Part shown: piece after piece, positions 1 to 8,198 of the stretch
Position numbering within the stretch: the stretch's first letter is position 1
Layout of the letters: the number at the start of each line of letters is the position of its first letter
Notes under the pieces: generated by a model
Seen by the model: only the letters and a program-made list of their open reading frames with translations
Told to the model about the DNA's origin: nothing
Database searches by the model: none
Assembly (NCBI GenBank): GCA_035632975.1
Contig: DASQFV010000099.1
Span: 1-44,873 of the forward strand
Direction: 5' to 3'
DNA: 44,873 nt
Source: Nitrospiraceae bacterium
GTDB taxonomy: Bacteria > Nitrospirota > Nitrospiria > Nitrospirales > Nitrospiraceae
Program-made: the position numbers and the translations under genes

Positions 1-189
1 TGGCGCCACTTCGATCCGCTGCCGGTGCTGGGGTTGGGCGGACAAGATCGTCGGAAACGTGATCGCAAGGCGCGCGAGGAACAGGCACGGGAGACCAAGG
101 AGTTCCGCGGTCTGGATCGGGTGTTGAAATCGTCGGCCAAGTCGGCCAAGCGGCAAGAGACGGGCCGCGGGAGGAGACCGAAGTCATGA
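1..189 (+). CDS. 3' end of an upstream CDS (partial, unknown function, Arg/Lys-rich tail)
   Basis: Frame 1 is open from the window edge to TGA 187-189. The stop overlaps the ATG at 186 of the next gene (ATGA), suggesting translational coupling. Confidence 0.4.
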   Translation, partial: WRHFDPLPVLGLGGQDRRKRDRKAREEQARETKEFRGLDRVLKSSAKSAKRQETGRGRRPKS

Positions 190-2102
190 TGCGAGTGACG
201 CCGTTAGTATGGGTGAGTTTTGGGCTGGTCAGTCTTACGGTCAGTGTGATAATGGCGGGCAATTCGCTCTTTGATTTGGTGCCAGACCACGATCGCCAGG
301 CCTTTGAATATCGTCGTGACTTGGCAGAGTCGTTGGCGGTTCAGTACTCGGCGCTGGCCGAGCGTGAACAGATCGAGACGGTGAAATTTGCGATGGAGAC
401 GTTGGCCAAGCGGATTCCGGATATCCTGTCGCTGGCGCTCCTCCTGAAGAGCGGGACGGTCGTGGCGCAGGTGGGCGACCATGCGCGAGTTTGGGTGCAG
501 CCGTCCGGCGAAGAATCCACCCTTGATTTTTTCCAAGTCCCGATCTTTTCCGGCGACCAACCGTGGGGCATGCTCCAGGTTGCGTTTCGCCAAACGAACG
601 TAACCGGCATTCAATGGTTGCTCGCGGATCCGTGGATGCGCTTCCTGGCATTTGTCAGTGTCGCGGGATTCGTCGGCTACCTCCTCTTCATGAAACGCAC
701 CCTCCGTCAGCTCGATCCCTCCGGCATTATTCCAACTCGCGTGAAATCCGCGCTCGATGCGCTCACGCAAGGCGTGGTCATGATCGATACGCTGGATTTT
801 GTCGTCTTGGTGAACGATGCCTTCTGCCATGCTGTGGGAAAGACAGTGACGTCGTTGATCGGATCCGACCTCGGCACCCTATCGTGGAAGTCTCCTGCGT
901 CATCTGCCAAGGTGTTGGTGCACCCCTGGACAGAGGCGATCATGAACAAGCAGCCCAAAGACGGCACGCCCCTTCTCCTGAGCTGTCCTGATGGTGAATC
1001 ACGAAAGTTCATCGTTAATACCGTGCCGATTATGGACGACGCGTCCACGGTGAGAGGGGCCCTGGTCTCCTTCCACGATATTACCGAACTCGATCGAGCG
1101 AATTCTTCCCTCCGGGAGGCGAATAGCGAGTTGGATTCGTCCCGCTTCCAAATTCTGGAAAAGAACCAGGAACTTGAAGCGACAAATACGACCCTCCAGG
1201 TCGAGATGAACGAGCGGAAAAAGGCTCAGGCAGAGAGAGAAGATCTGCATCACCAGCTCGTACAGGCGTCGCGCCAAGCCGGTATGGCGGATGTGGCGTC
1301 GAGCGTGCTGCACAACGTCGGGAATGTACTCACTAGCATTAACGTGTCGACTGATATTTTGCTGAAGACCCTCAAGAAGCCGATGGTGGGGGATGTCTGC
1401 CGAATTGCTTCGATGTTTCATGAGCATCAGGACAATTTACAGGCATTTCTGACACAAGATGAGAAGGGCAAGCAGATTCCCTCGTATTTGGGTTTGGTTG
1501 CCGAGTCCCTGAGCGGGAGTCACCAGGCCATCCAGAGCGAAATCGACTCCATCGTGAAAAAAATCGACCATATCAAGCAAGTGGTCGTGGCGCAGCAGGA
1601 TATCGCCCGCGCGGGGGAGGTTCGTGAGGCGACGGAGACCGAGGAACTGATGGAGCAAGCCTTGCTGATGGGGATGCCCGAGCCGGAGAAGTGCGGTATC
1701 CGAGTCGTGCGGGAGTACGCCCATGTTCCGACGATCATGACGGATCGACATCATGTCCTCCAGATTCTGGTGAATGTCATCACCAATGCCAAGAACGCCA
1801 TGGTCGAATATCCGGCGAACTCGCATTGCCTCACGGTCCGAATCGGGTTGCCTGCCGACCGCAGAGGATCCGTGCGATTTGAGGTGACCGATACCGGTGG
1901 CGGCATTAACGCTGAAAACCTCCCACGCTTGTTTAGTCAGGGTTTTACGACAAGAAAGACCGGACATGGCCTTGGTCTTCACAGTGCCGCAATCTCTGCC
2001 AAGAATATCGGCGGAACCTTACAAGCCCGGAGTGAGGGAGAAGGGCGCGGCGCCACCTTCATGCTCGATCTCCCATTGACCTTGGCGGATGTTGCTGCAT
2101 GA
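186..2102 (+). CDS. Membrane sensor histidine kinase (two TM segments flanking an extracytoplasmic domain, PAS-like region, coiled coil, H-box, HATPase_c)
   Basis: 638-aa ORF. Hydrophobic segments VWVSFGLVSLTVSVIMAG and FLAFVSVAGFVGYLLFM. H-box ASSVLHNVGNVL, N-box ILVNVITNAKNAM, G1 VTDTGGGI, G2 GHGLGLH. Confidence 0.9.
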   Translation: MMRVTPLVWVSFGLVSLTVSVIMAGNSLFDLVPDHDRQAFEYRRDLAESLAVQYSALAEREQIETVKFAMETLAKRIPDILSLALLLKSGTVVAQVGDHARVWVQPSGEESTLDFFQVPIFSGDQPWGMLQVAFRQTNVTGIQWLLADPWMRFLAFVSVAGFVGYLLFMKRTLRQLDPSGIIPTRVKSALDALTQGVVMIDTLDFVVLVNDAFCHAVGKTVTSLIGSDLGTLSWKSPASSAKVLVHPWTEAIMNKQPKDGTPLLLSCPDGESRKFIVNTVPIMDDASTVRGALVSFHDITELDRANSSLREANSELDSSRFQILEKNQELEATNTTLQVEMNERKKAQAEREDLHHQLVQASRQAGMADVASSVLHNVGNVLTSINVSTDILLKTLKKPMVGDVCRIASMFHEHQDNLQAFLTQDEKGKQIPSYLGLVAESLSGSHQAIQSEIDSIVKKIDHIKQVVVAQQDIARAGEVREATETEELMEQALLMGMPEPEKCGIRVVREYAHVPTIMTDRHHVLQILVNVITNAKNAMVEYPANSHCLTVRIGLPADRRGSVRFEVTDTGGGINAENLPRLFSQGFTTRKTGHGLGLHSAAISAKNIGGTLQARSEGEGRGATFMLDLPLTLADVAA

Positions 2103-2974
2103 CAAACGACAAGACGACTGATAATCGACGCATTCTGGTGATCGACGACAACGTGTCCATCCATGAGGACTTTCGCAAGATCTTGGTGCCGCCGAAAAGT
2201 TCTGATTCGCTTGATCTTGCGCGGGTGGCCTTGTTCGGAGAGACACCGAGTCTCCCGCCACAGGAGCACTACGAGCTCGAGTCCGCGCATCAGGGGAAAG
2301 AGGGGGTCGATCTGGTCCAGAGTGCTCAGCGAGAGGGCCGCCCCTACGCGATGGCCTTCGTGGACATGCGTATGCCGCCGGGATGGGACGGCCTCGAAAC
2401 GGTCGAGCATCTGTGGCAGGTCGCGCCTGACCTCGAGATCGTGATCTGCACGGCCTATGCCGATCATCCATGGGAAGACGTGAGTCGCCGAATCGGGAAC
2501 ACCGACAAGCTGCTCATCCTGCTGAAACCCTTCAACAGCATCGAGGTTGTTCAACTGGCAAACTCGCTCACGAAGAAATGGAACTTGACGAATGCGTTCA
2601 ATCTGCAGATTGAGTGCCTCGCGTCCTGCGTGAGCCAGCGAACGGACCAATTGCACGAAGCGAACGACCGCCTTCGAGAAAACATCGCCCGGACAATCGC
2701 GGAGACTGCGAAGGACCAGCCTCAGGACGATGCCGCGGCAGCATTCCTCCAGAAAGAAGAGTTTCTGGCAATCATGAGCCATGAAATCCTCACGCACATC
2801 AATGAACTGGTCGGCGAGGTGAATCTGTTGTCCGACAGCCCGCTCAGTCCTGGGCAGCGAGAGCATGCGACGACCATACAGAGATGCGCGCAGGATCTCC
2901 TGGCTCTCCTCAACGACATGCACGGGTTCATGACTAGTCGGAGACAAGAAACTCAGGCGGGGGGTCGTCAATGA
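2099..2974 (+). CDS. Response-regulator receiver domain fused to a HisKA-like dimerisation/phosphoacceptor segment, no ATPase domain
   Basis: The ATG overlaps the kinase stop. REC motifs ILVIDDN, AFVDMRMPPGWDG, ICTAY, LLKPF. C-terminus has FLAIMSHEILTHINELVG (H-box-like), and the ORF ends about 60 aa later without N/G boxes. Confidence 0.85.
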   Translation: MTNDKTTDNRRILVIDDNVSIHEDFRKILVPPKSSDSLDLARVALFGETPSLPPQEHYELESAHQGKEGVDLVQSAQREGRPYAMAFVDMRMPPGWDGLETVEHLWQVAPDLEIVICTAYADHPWEDVSRRIGNTDKLLILLKPFNSIEVVQLANSLTKKWNLTNAFNLQIECLASCVSQRTDQLHEANDRLRENIARTIAETAKDQPQDDAAAAFLQKEEFLAIMSHEILTHINELVGEVNLLSDSPLSPGQREHATTIQRCAQDLLALLNDMHGFMTSRRQETQAGGRQ

Positions 2975-3013
2975 CGACGGCTGTCCTATCGGCGCGGGGA
3001 GAAATAAAAAAGA

Positions 3014-4270
3014 ATGACCAAAGATGTCAATAATCAAAATCTTCGGGTCTTGGTGATCGACGACAACACGTCTATCCACGAGGACTTTCGCAAAATCCTT
3101 CAAGCGAAAGCCGGGGAGGAAAATTTCGATCAAGCGCGGGCGAAGTTGTTCGGCGATTTGCCGCTCTCGCGGGAGATCGAACGGTTCGAACTGGACTGCG
3201 CCGATCAGGGGCAAGCCGCTCTCACCTTGGTGCAGCAGGCACGGAATGAAGGCCGACCCTATGCGGTGGCGTTTGTTGATATGAGGATGCCGCCCGGGTG
3301 GGACGGGCTGGAAACCATCGAACACCTCTGGGAGGCGGACGCAGAGCTACAGGTGGTCATCTGTACGGCATACTCCGACCACCCGTGGAACGAAATCAAA
3401 GAACGTGTCGGCCGAACCGACAAGTTGTTGATCCTCCAGAAACCGTTTAACGGCATTGAAGTGTTGCAGCTGGCCACCGCACTCTGTCGAAAATGGGATC
3501 TTGCACGTGAAGTGGCAGGACAACTGCGTGAATTGAGCATTCAGGTCGACCACCGTACGGTAGAACTCCAGGGCGCGAACGAGCAACTGACACAATCCAA
3601 TGCGACCTTGGTGCGAACCGTGGCGAATCTTGAGGCGGTTCAAGCGGAAGTTTTACTGCAAAATGACGAACTGGGGCGTCTCGCGTCTCGAGATCCACTC
3701 ACCGGCTGCCTCAACCGTCGCGCCTTTTACGCGCAATTTGAGACGGCGTTGGCCGAAAGTCTAAAACATGACATCGAACTGAGCTGCCTGATGGTGGACA
3801 TCGACAAATTTAAACGCATTAACGACCAATTTGGACATGCGGTGGGGGATCAAGCCATCCAAGCGGTAGCCAACTGCCTGAGCGCTGGGCTGCGGTTGAT
3901 GGACATCATCGGCCGCTATGGAGGAGAGGAATTCTGTTTGCTGTTTCCACGCACCACGCTGGCTGAAGCCGCTAATCTGGCGGAACGTCTTCGGATTCGT
4001 GTCGAAGCAGAGGCTGGAGTTAGGATGCGAATGGCATCCCGCGTGGTGATCACAATGAGTTGCGGCATTTCATCTACGGCGGGTGGAGTGCGGACGCCTT
4101 TGGAGCTGATCGATCACGCGGACAAGGCTCTCTATGCCGCGAAGGAGGGTGGGCGGAACTGTGTCATGGCTCTTAATCCGATTATCGCCGGGGCGAACGC
4201 TCCCGATCAGGTTGAGCCGCAAGTCAGGCGGATCACTCCACGGGTGTCGAGCCCACAGGCTCCCCGGTAA
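3014..4270 (+). CDS. Response regulator with GGDEF output (diguanylate cyclase, PleD/WspR-like) with I-site
   Basis: The REC domain is paralogous to the preceding gene (VLVIDDN, AFVDMRMPPGWDG, ICTAYSD, LQKPF). A coiled coil follows, then a GGDEF domain with RLMDIIGRYGGEEF, i.e. RxxD five residues before GGEEF. Confidence 0.92.
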   Translation: MTKDVNNQNLRVLVIDDNTSIHEDFRKILQAKAGEENFDQARAKLFGDLPLSREIERFELDCADQGQAALTLVQQARNEGRPYAVAFVDMRMPPGWDGLETIEHLWEADAELQVVICTAYSDHPWNEIKERVGRTDKLLILQKPFNGIEVLQLATALCRKWDLAREVAGQLRELSIQVDHRTVELQGANEQLTQSNATLVRTVANLEAVQAEVLLQNDELGRLASRDPLTGCLNRRAFYAQFETALAESLKHDIELSCLMVDIDKFKRINDQFGHAVGDQAIQAVANCLSAGLRLMDIIGRYGGEEFCLLFPRTTLAEAANLAERLRIRVEAEAGVRMRMASRVVITMSCGISSTAGGVRTPLELIDHADKALYAAKEGGRNCVMALNPIIAGANAPDQVEPQVRRITPRVSSPQAPR

Positions 4271-4312
4271 AGGAGGTCTTGAGTAGAAAGGTCACTGTCG
4301 GACAGGCTCCCT

Positions 4313-4552
4313 AGCCCGCATTATTCATGAAAGTTCGTTGCGAAAGCGTGCAGACGTGAAGCGAGATGGGCACTCGGAGGCCGGGGACTGGCTCTGCCGT
4401 CTGAGGCAGTGCCTCCCCCGCTCCTCAGGCGGGAACAGGTACCAAGAAGAAGGGTACCTGTCCCCAACAGTATGTCGAAGGGCTGAACGGCGAGACCGCC
4501 CGCCACAGCCGCGTATCCGCACTGGCAGCAGAAGCCTCATAAATCATGCGGG
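4313..4552 (+). repeat. Repeat family A, copy 1 (about 240 bp, non-coding, imperfect terminal inverted repeats, MITE-like)
   Basis: Near-identical by eye to 7908-8147 in the opposite orientation and to the half copy at 10388-10540. Termini are AGCCCGCATTATTCATG ... CATAAATCATGCGGG. A central hairpin GGGAACAGGTACC-loop-GGTACCTGTCCCC is present. Confidence 0.85.
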
Positions 4553-4570
4553 ATAGAGGGAACAGATGAT

Positions 4571-5089
4571 ATGGGGCGCATCCTGAGCTGTCCGCGGTGC
4601 CAGAAGGACGGCCTCTTGCGGTCTCAACCGCAATCGCCACGCGAGCACCTCGCCTCCTTCCTCTTCGTGGCGCCATTCCGCTGTCCATCGTGCAGTCACC
4701 GTTTTCTGGCGTCCCATCTTTGGCTGGACCATTCCACGCATCCGATTGATCGCCGCGAACACCTCCGGATTCCCGTGCGACTCTATCTCTCGTTCTCCGG
4801 GGGCAAGGTCCGTGGTGAGGGAACGGTGCTCGATCTCTCGATGGGAGGTTGTATCATCGAGAGCGAGACCCAGGTTCATACGAACGACATCTTCTATCTG
4901 CAATTGTCGATTAGTGAAGGTGAACTCCCTCTTGAAGTGGCCGCGATGGTCCGTTCCGTGAGCGCTCGCGGTATCGCCTTCAAGTTCCTTCGAGCCGCCC
5001 AAGAGAACAAGCGCCTGCTCGCCTTTCTCCAGGCCCAGACACCGAATCAGCCGGACAAATCCTCGCTCAACGCCGGTGTCGCCGCCTAA
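4571..5089 (+). CDS. PilZ-domain c-di-GMP receptor with N-terminal CxxC...CxxC zinc-ribbon
   Basis: Carries CPRC...CPSC, then the PilZ signatures RREHLR (RxxxR) and DLSMGG (DxSxxG). Confidence 0.8.
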   Translation: MGRILSCPRCQKDGLLRSQPQSPREHLASFLFVAPFRCPSCSHRFLASHLWLDHSTHPIDRREHLRIPVRLYLSFSGGKVRGEGTVLDLSMGGCIIESETQVHTNDIFYLQLSISEGELPLEVAAMVRSVSARGIAFKFLRAAQENKRLLAFLQAQTPNQPDKSSLNAGVAA

Positions 5090-5222
5090 GCAGGCCGGCG
5101 AATCCATTACCCCATCGTCAACAGAATAGGGTTCGACGCGACCAGCGGGTTGCTGAGAAACCATTACGGCACAGCAGAGCTTCGATGTCCTGTACGTCTT
5201 GGACAAGAAGAGGACGCCTCCG

Positions 5223-5344
5223 CAGGATGCTCAAAAAGGTCGTCCAGCAAGGCCGCAGCGAGCGAAGAGGCGAGGTGCACGCTTCGGTACGCTGAGCTTC
5301 TGAGCGAAGCGAGAACGAAGCGGGCGGACTTTTTCAGCATCCTG
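5223..5344 (-). repeat. Repeat family B, copy 1 (about 122 bp palindromic element)
   Basis: Its reverse complement aligns with 30583-30704 and 44602-44725. Termini CAGGATGCTGAAAAAGTCCGCC ... GGACGACCTTTTTGAGCATCCTG pair as a long hairpin. It ends 1 nt from the stop codon of the minus-strand gene at 5345. Confidence 0.85.
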
Positions 5345-5650
5345 TTAGATCGGAGTTTCCCAGGCAGAAGGAAGCGGGTGGTTGTTGACCAGTTCCTGGT
5401 GTGCGGCAAGATCATAGGGTTCAATGGTGAGGTCGTGCTCATTGAGCGGCTCCGGGCAGGTAGGGGAACAGAGGTACGTGCGATACGATTCGGCCTTCTC
5501 CTTCGTGGCGAACCGGCACAGCCCATATTCCGGCATCTCAGATGAGGGATACCAAAACGCCAGCTCAATCGCACTCCCCTGGTAGATGCCTAGGGTGCGG
5601 TGTTTGATCTGAAACCCGCCGGGCAAATGTGAAGAAGATTCAAGTGACAT
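5345..5650 (-). CDS. Hypothetical protein
   Basis: The ORF has no recognisable motif. The internal ATG at 5650 is preceded by GGAGG. The longer start at 5689 would nearly abut the divergent lemA gene. Confidence 0.45.
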   Translation of the reverse strand: MSLESSSHLPGGFQIKHRTLGIYQGSAIELAFWYPSSEMPEYGLCRFATKEKAESYRTYLCSPTCPEPLNEHDLTIEPYDLAAHQELVNNHPLPSAWETPI

Positions 5651-5745
5651 CGGACGGTCTTGCCTCCGTATCATAATGATTATGCTCATGATAGCATGTG
5701 CGACGCCTGCACTATAGACCGGCGCGAGCGAGAAGGAGGATAGCC

Positions 5746-6345
5746 ATGAGCAGTCGCATCTCAGTATATACCACCATCGCCATCACGGTTCTATTCGTAG
5801 GACTCTCAGGGTGCGGCTACAACGCTCTTCAGGGATTAGATGAAGACACCAAGGCCGCCTGGAGTGAAGTGGTCAATCAGTACCAGCGGCGGGCTGATCT
5901 GATCCCGAACCTGGTTGCCACTGTCAAAGGCTATGCCGCGCATGAGAAGGATACGCTCGAAGGAGTGGTGCAGGCGCGTGCGCGAGCCACGGGGATTCAA
6001 GTGACGCCCGAGACGTTGAAAGACCCAGCGGCGTTCGAACAATTCCAGAAAGCACAAGCCGGGTTGACGTCGGCGTTGGGCCGCCTCATCGCAATTGCAG
6101 AGAATTACCCTAATCTGAAAGCCGACCAGAACTTCCGTGACCTCCAGAGTCAACTCGAAGGGACAGAGAATCGCATTGCCGTCGCGCGCAAACGCTACAT
6201 CGAGAAAGTGGCGGAGTACAACAAAGGCGTCCGCTATTTCCCCACGAACCTGACGGCCAAGTACCTCCTCCATATGGAAGAGAAGCCGAACTTTACCGTG
6301 GCGGATGAAAAGGCTGTGGCTAAGCCGCCGGAAGTGAAATTCTAG
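5746..6345 (+). CDS. lemA: LemA family membrane protein
   Basis: N-terminal TM/lipoprotein-like segment (LSGCGYN), then YNALQGLDEDTKAAWSEVVNQYQRRADLIPNLV, which is typical of LemA. AAGGAGGA lies 5 nt upstream of the ATG at 5746. Confidence 0.85.
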   Translation: MSSRISVYTTIAITVLFVGLSGCGYNALQGLDEDTKAAWSEVVNQYQRRADLIPNLVATVKGYAAHEKDTLEGVVQARARATGIQVTPETLKDPAAFEQFQKAQAGLTSALGRLIAIAENYPNLKADQNFRDLQSQLEGTENRIAVARKRYIEKVAEYNKGVRYFPTNLTAKYLLHMEEKPNFTVADEKAVAKPPEVKF

Positions 6346-6364
6346 GTCGAGGCTGAGGTTCAGG

Positions 6365-7258
6365 TTGAGTGGCAGAACTCGACAGCAGACGGTCAGCTTC
6401 GCCCTCGCTTGTGTCTTATCCTTAGCCTCAGCTTTAACCTCCCTTTCCTTCTCGCTCGACGTGCCGCCACTCACAGGGCGCGTCGTCGACCTCGCCCACG
6501 TATTGCCGCCCGACACGGTCGAATCACTCACCGCGCGACTCAAGGCGCACGAAGAGACCACCAGCAACCAAGTCACGGTGCTCGTGCTCCCGTCCCTCGA
6601 AGAGGAACCGCTCGAATCCTTCTCCCACCGTGTGGCGACGACGTGGAGGCTGGGTCAGAAAGGAACCGACAACGGAGTCCTGCTCTTGGTGGCCATGAAG
6701 GAACGCAAAATTCGCATTGAAGTCGGCTATGGGTTGGAAGGCGCATTGACCGATGCACGATCGGCACAGATTATCAGAAGGGAGATCGTCCCGCGGTTTC
6801 GCGCTGGTGACGCACCGGGCGGGGTAGCCGCCGGGGTCGACGCGATTCTGAAGACGATTGAGGGAACCTATCAGGTCTCCGACAAGACTGCTCCTGGGCT
6901 GGACAGCGATGCCATGGGACAGGTCGTGGTGGCGGTAATTGTTGGATTAATCGTCGGGTTGGGCCTCATGAGCGTCCATCGCCTCCTCGGTCCGGTCGCC
7001 GGCACAGGACTCTCTGTATTGCTCGCGCCTTGGCTGGTGCCTGCCCTGATTACCGGTGGGGTCACCCTGTTGCTGCTCACGTTGATCAGTGCGACCGGTG
7101 TCGGCGGGAGAGGACGCGGACGGCATGGCGGGGACGACTGGGTTTGGTACAGCAGTCGCAGTGGCGGATGGGGCGGCGGCTCGTTCGGCAGCGGAGGAGG
7201 TGGCTTCAGCGGCGGCGGTGGCGATTTCGGAGGAGGAGGCGCCAGTGGAAATTGGTAA
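6365..7258 (+). CDS. TPM-domain protein (YgcG-like) with TM region and Gly-rich C-terminal tail
   Basis: Signal/TM segment, then VVDLAHVL...TSNQVTVLVLPSL...NGVLLLVAMKERKIRIEVGYGLEG (TPM phosphatase-like fold). A TM block follows, then GGWGGGSFGSGGGGFSGGGGDFGGGGASGNW. The start codon is TTG. Confidence 0.8.
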   Translation: MSGRTRQQTVSFALACVLSLASALTSLSFSLDVPPLTGRVVDLAHVLPPDTVESLTARLKAHEETTSNQVTVLVLPSLEEEPLESFSHRVATTWRLGQKGTDNGVLLLVAMKERKIRIEVGYGLEGALTDARSAQIIRREIVPRFRAGDAPGGVAAGVDAILKTIEGTYQVSDKTAPGLDSDAMGQVVVAVIVGLIVGLGLMSVHRLLGPVAGTGLSVLLAPWLVPALITGGVTLLLLTLISATGVGGRGRGRHGGDDWVWYSSRSGGWGGGSFGSGGGGFSGGGGDFGGGGASGNW

Positions 7259-7907
7259 CAGGCTGGAGTTGACCGCTGAAGAACGAGAGCAGATCCGGCT
7301 GGCCATACGGGCGGCGGAGCGGCGGACGAAGGCAGAAATCGTTCCGATGATTGTGGCGCGCTCGGGGCTGTATCGCGAGGTCCGGCATTGGGTCGGTCTC
7401 GGACTCGCGCTCTTGGTGCTCACCATTCTGCTCACGATTGAATCGCACTGGCTCCCGTGGGGTTGGCATGCTTCGAACGCGGCCTGGCTCCTGCTTTCGA
7501 CGCTGGTGGCGTACGGATGTGGCGTGTGGCTCGGGACCCTGTGGCCGGTCATTCGTCTCGGCGCCTCAGTAGCGCGGATGCGGCACAAAGTAAAGCTCAG
7601 AGCCGAACACGCGTTTTCTCAACATGCCGTGTCGCACACGCGGGAGCGCACGGGCGTGCTCATCATGCTGTCGATTCTGGAACGACAGATCTACGTGCTG
7701 CCGGATCGTTCGCTGGATGGTCTGGCCTCACGTGATCATTGGGCGCAGGTGGTCCAGGCTGCTGTCGATCGGTTACAGTGTGGCGATATCGTCGGCGGGC
7801 TCTGCCAGGGAATCGAACGATGCGGCCTGCTGCTTGCCGACATCTGTCCCGGTCGTCCGGGTGACAACCCGAACGAATTGCCGGACGAATTGATTCAGGA
7901 GCCATAA
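7245..7907 (+). CDS. TPM-domain membrane protein, third member of the LemA-TPM-TPM triad
   Basis: LTAEEREQIRLAIRAAERRTKAEIVPMIVARS, then TM helices, then TGVLIMLSILERQIYVLPD. The GTG at 7245 overlaps the upstream stop. The 7089 start in the ORF track lies inside the upstream gene. Confidence 0.7.
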   Translation: MEIGNRLELTAEEREQIRLAIRAAERRTKAEIVPMIVARSGLYREVRHWVGLGLALLVLTILLTIESHWLPWGWHASNAAWLLLSTLVAYGCGVWLGTLWPVIRLGASVARMRHKVKLRAEHAFSQHAVSHTRERTGVLIMLSILERQIYVLPDRSLDGLASRDHWAQVVQAAVDRLQCGDIVGGLCQGIERCGLLLADICPGRPGDNPNELPDELIQEP

Positions 7908-8147
7908 CCCGCATGATTCATGAAGCTTCTGCTGTAAGCACGGATACGCGGCTGCGACGGGCAGTCTCTCCGTTCAGCCCTTCGACATACTGTTGGGGAC
8001 TGGTATCGTTCTTCTTGGTACCTGTGCCCGCCTGAGGAGCGGGATAGGCACTGCCGAAGACGGCAGAGCCAGTCCCTGACCTACGAGTGCCCGTCTTGCT
8101 TCGCGTCTGCACGCTTTCGCGACGAACCGTCATGAATAATGCGGGCT
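7908..8147 (-). repeat. Repeat family A, copy 2 (inverted relative to copy 1)
   Basis: The reverse complement matches 4313-4552 along its whole length. It begins immediately after the TAA stop at 7905-7907. Confidence 0.85.
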
Positions 8148-8198
8148 AACCGTCCTCTTGATAGACTGCCCGGCGTTGTTCCGCTAGAATCCCGATTC

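Noticed and set aside
1979-3325. 448-aa minus-strand ORF opposite the kinase and REC genes
   Set aside because: It lies entirely antisense to three genes with clear domain motifs. Its product is R/P/L-rich low-complexity sequence, typical of a GC-rich shadow frame.
4321-4688. Several 60-90-aa ORFs on both strands inside repeat A1, and likewise at 7918-8329 and 10396-10578
   Set aside because: They lie inside a repeated palindromic non-coding element present in both orientations. The frames are not conserved between copies.
8139-8198. Extended MurJ start at 8139
   Set aside because: The first 9 nt lie within repeat A2, and the extension adds non-conserved residues. The ATG at 8199 directly precedes the conserved MurJ N-terminus.
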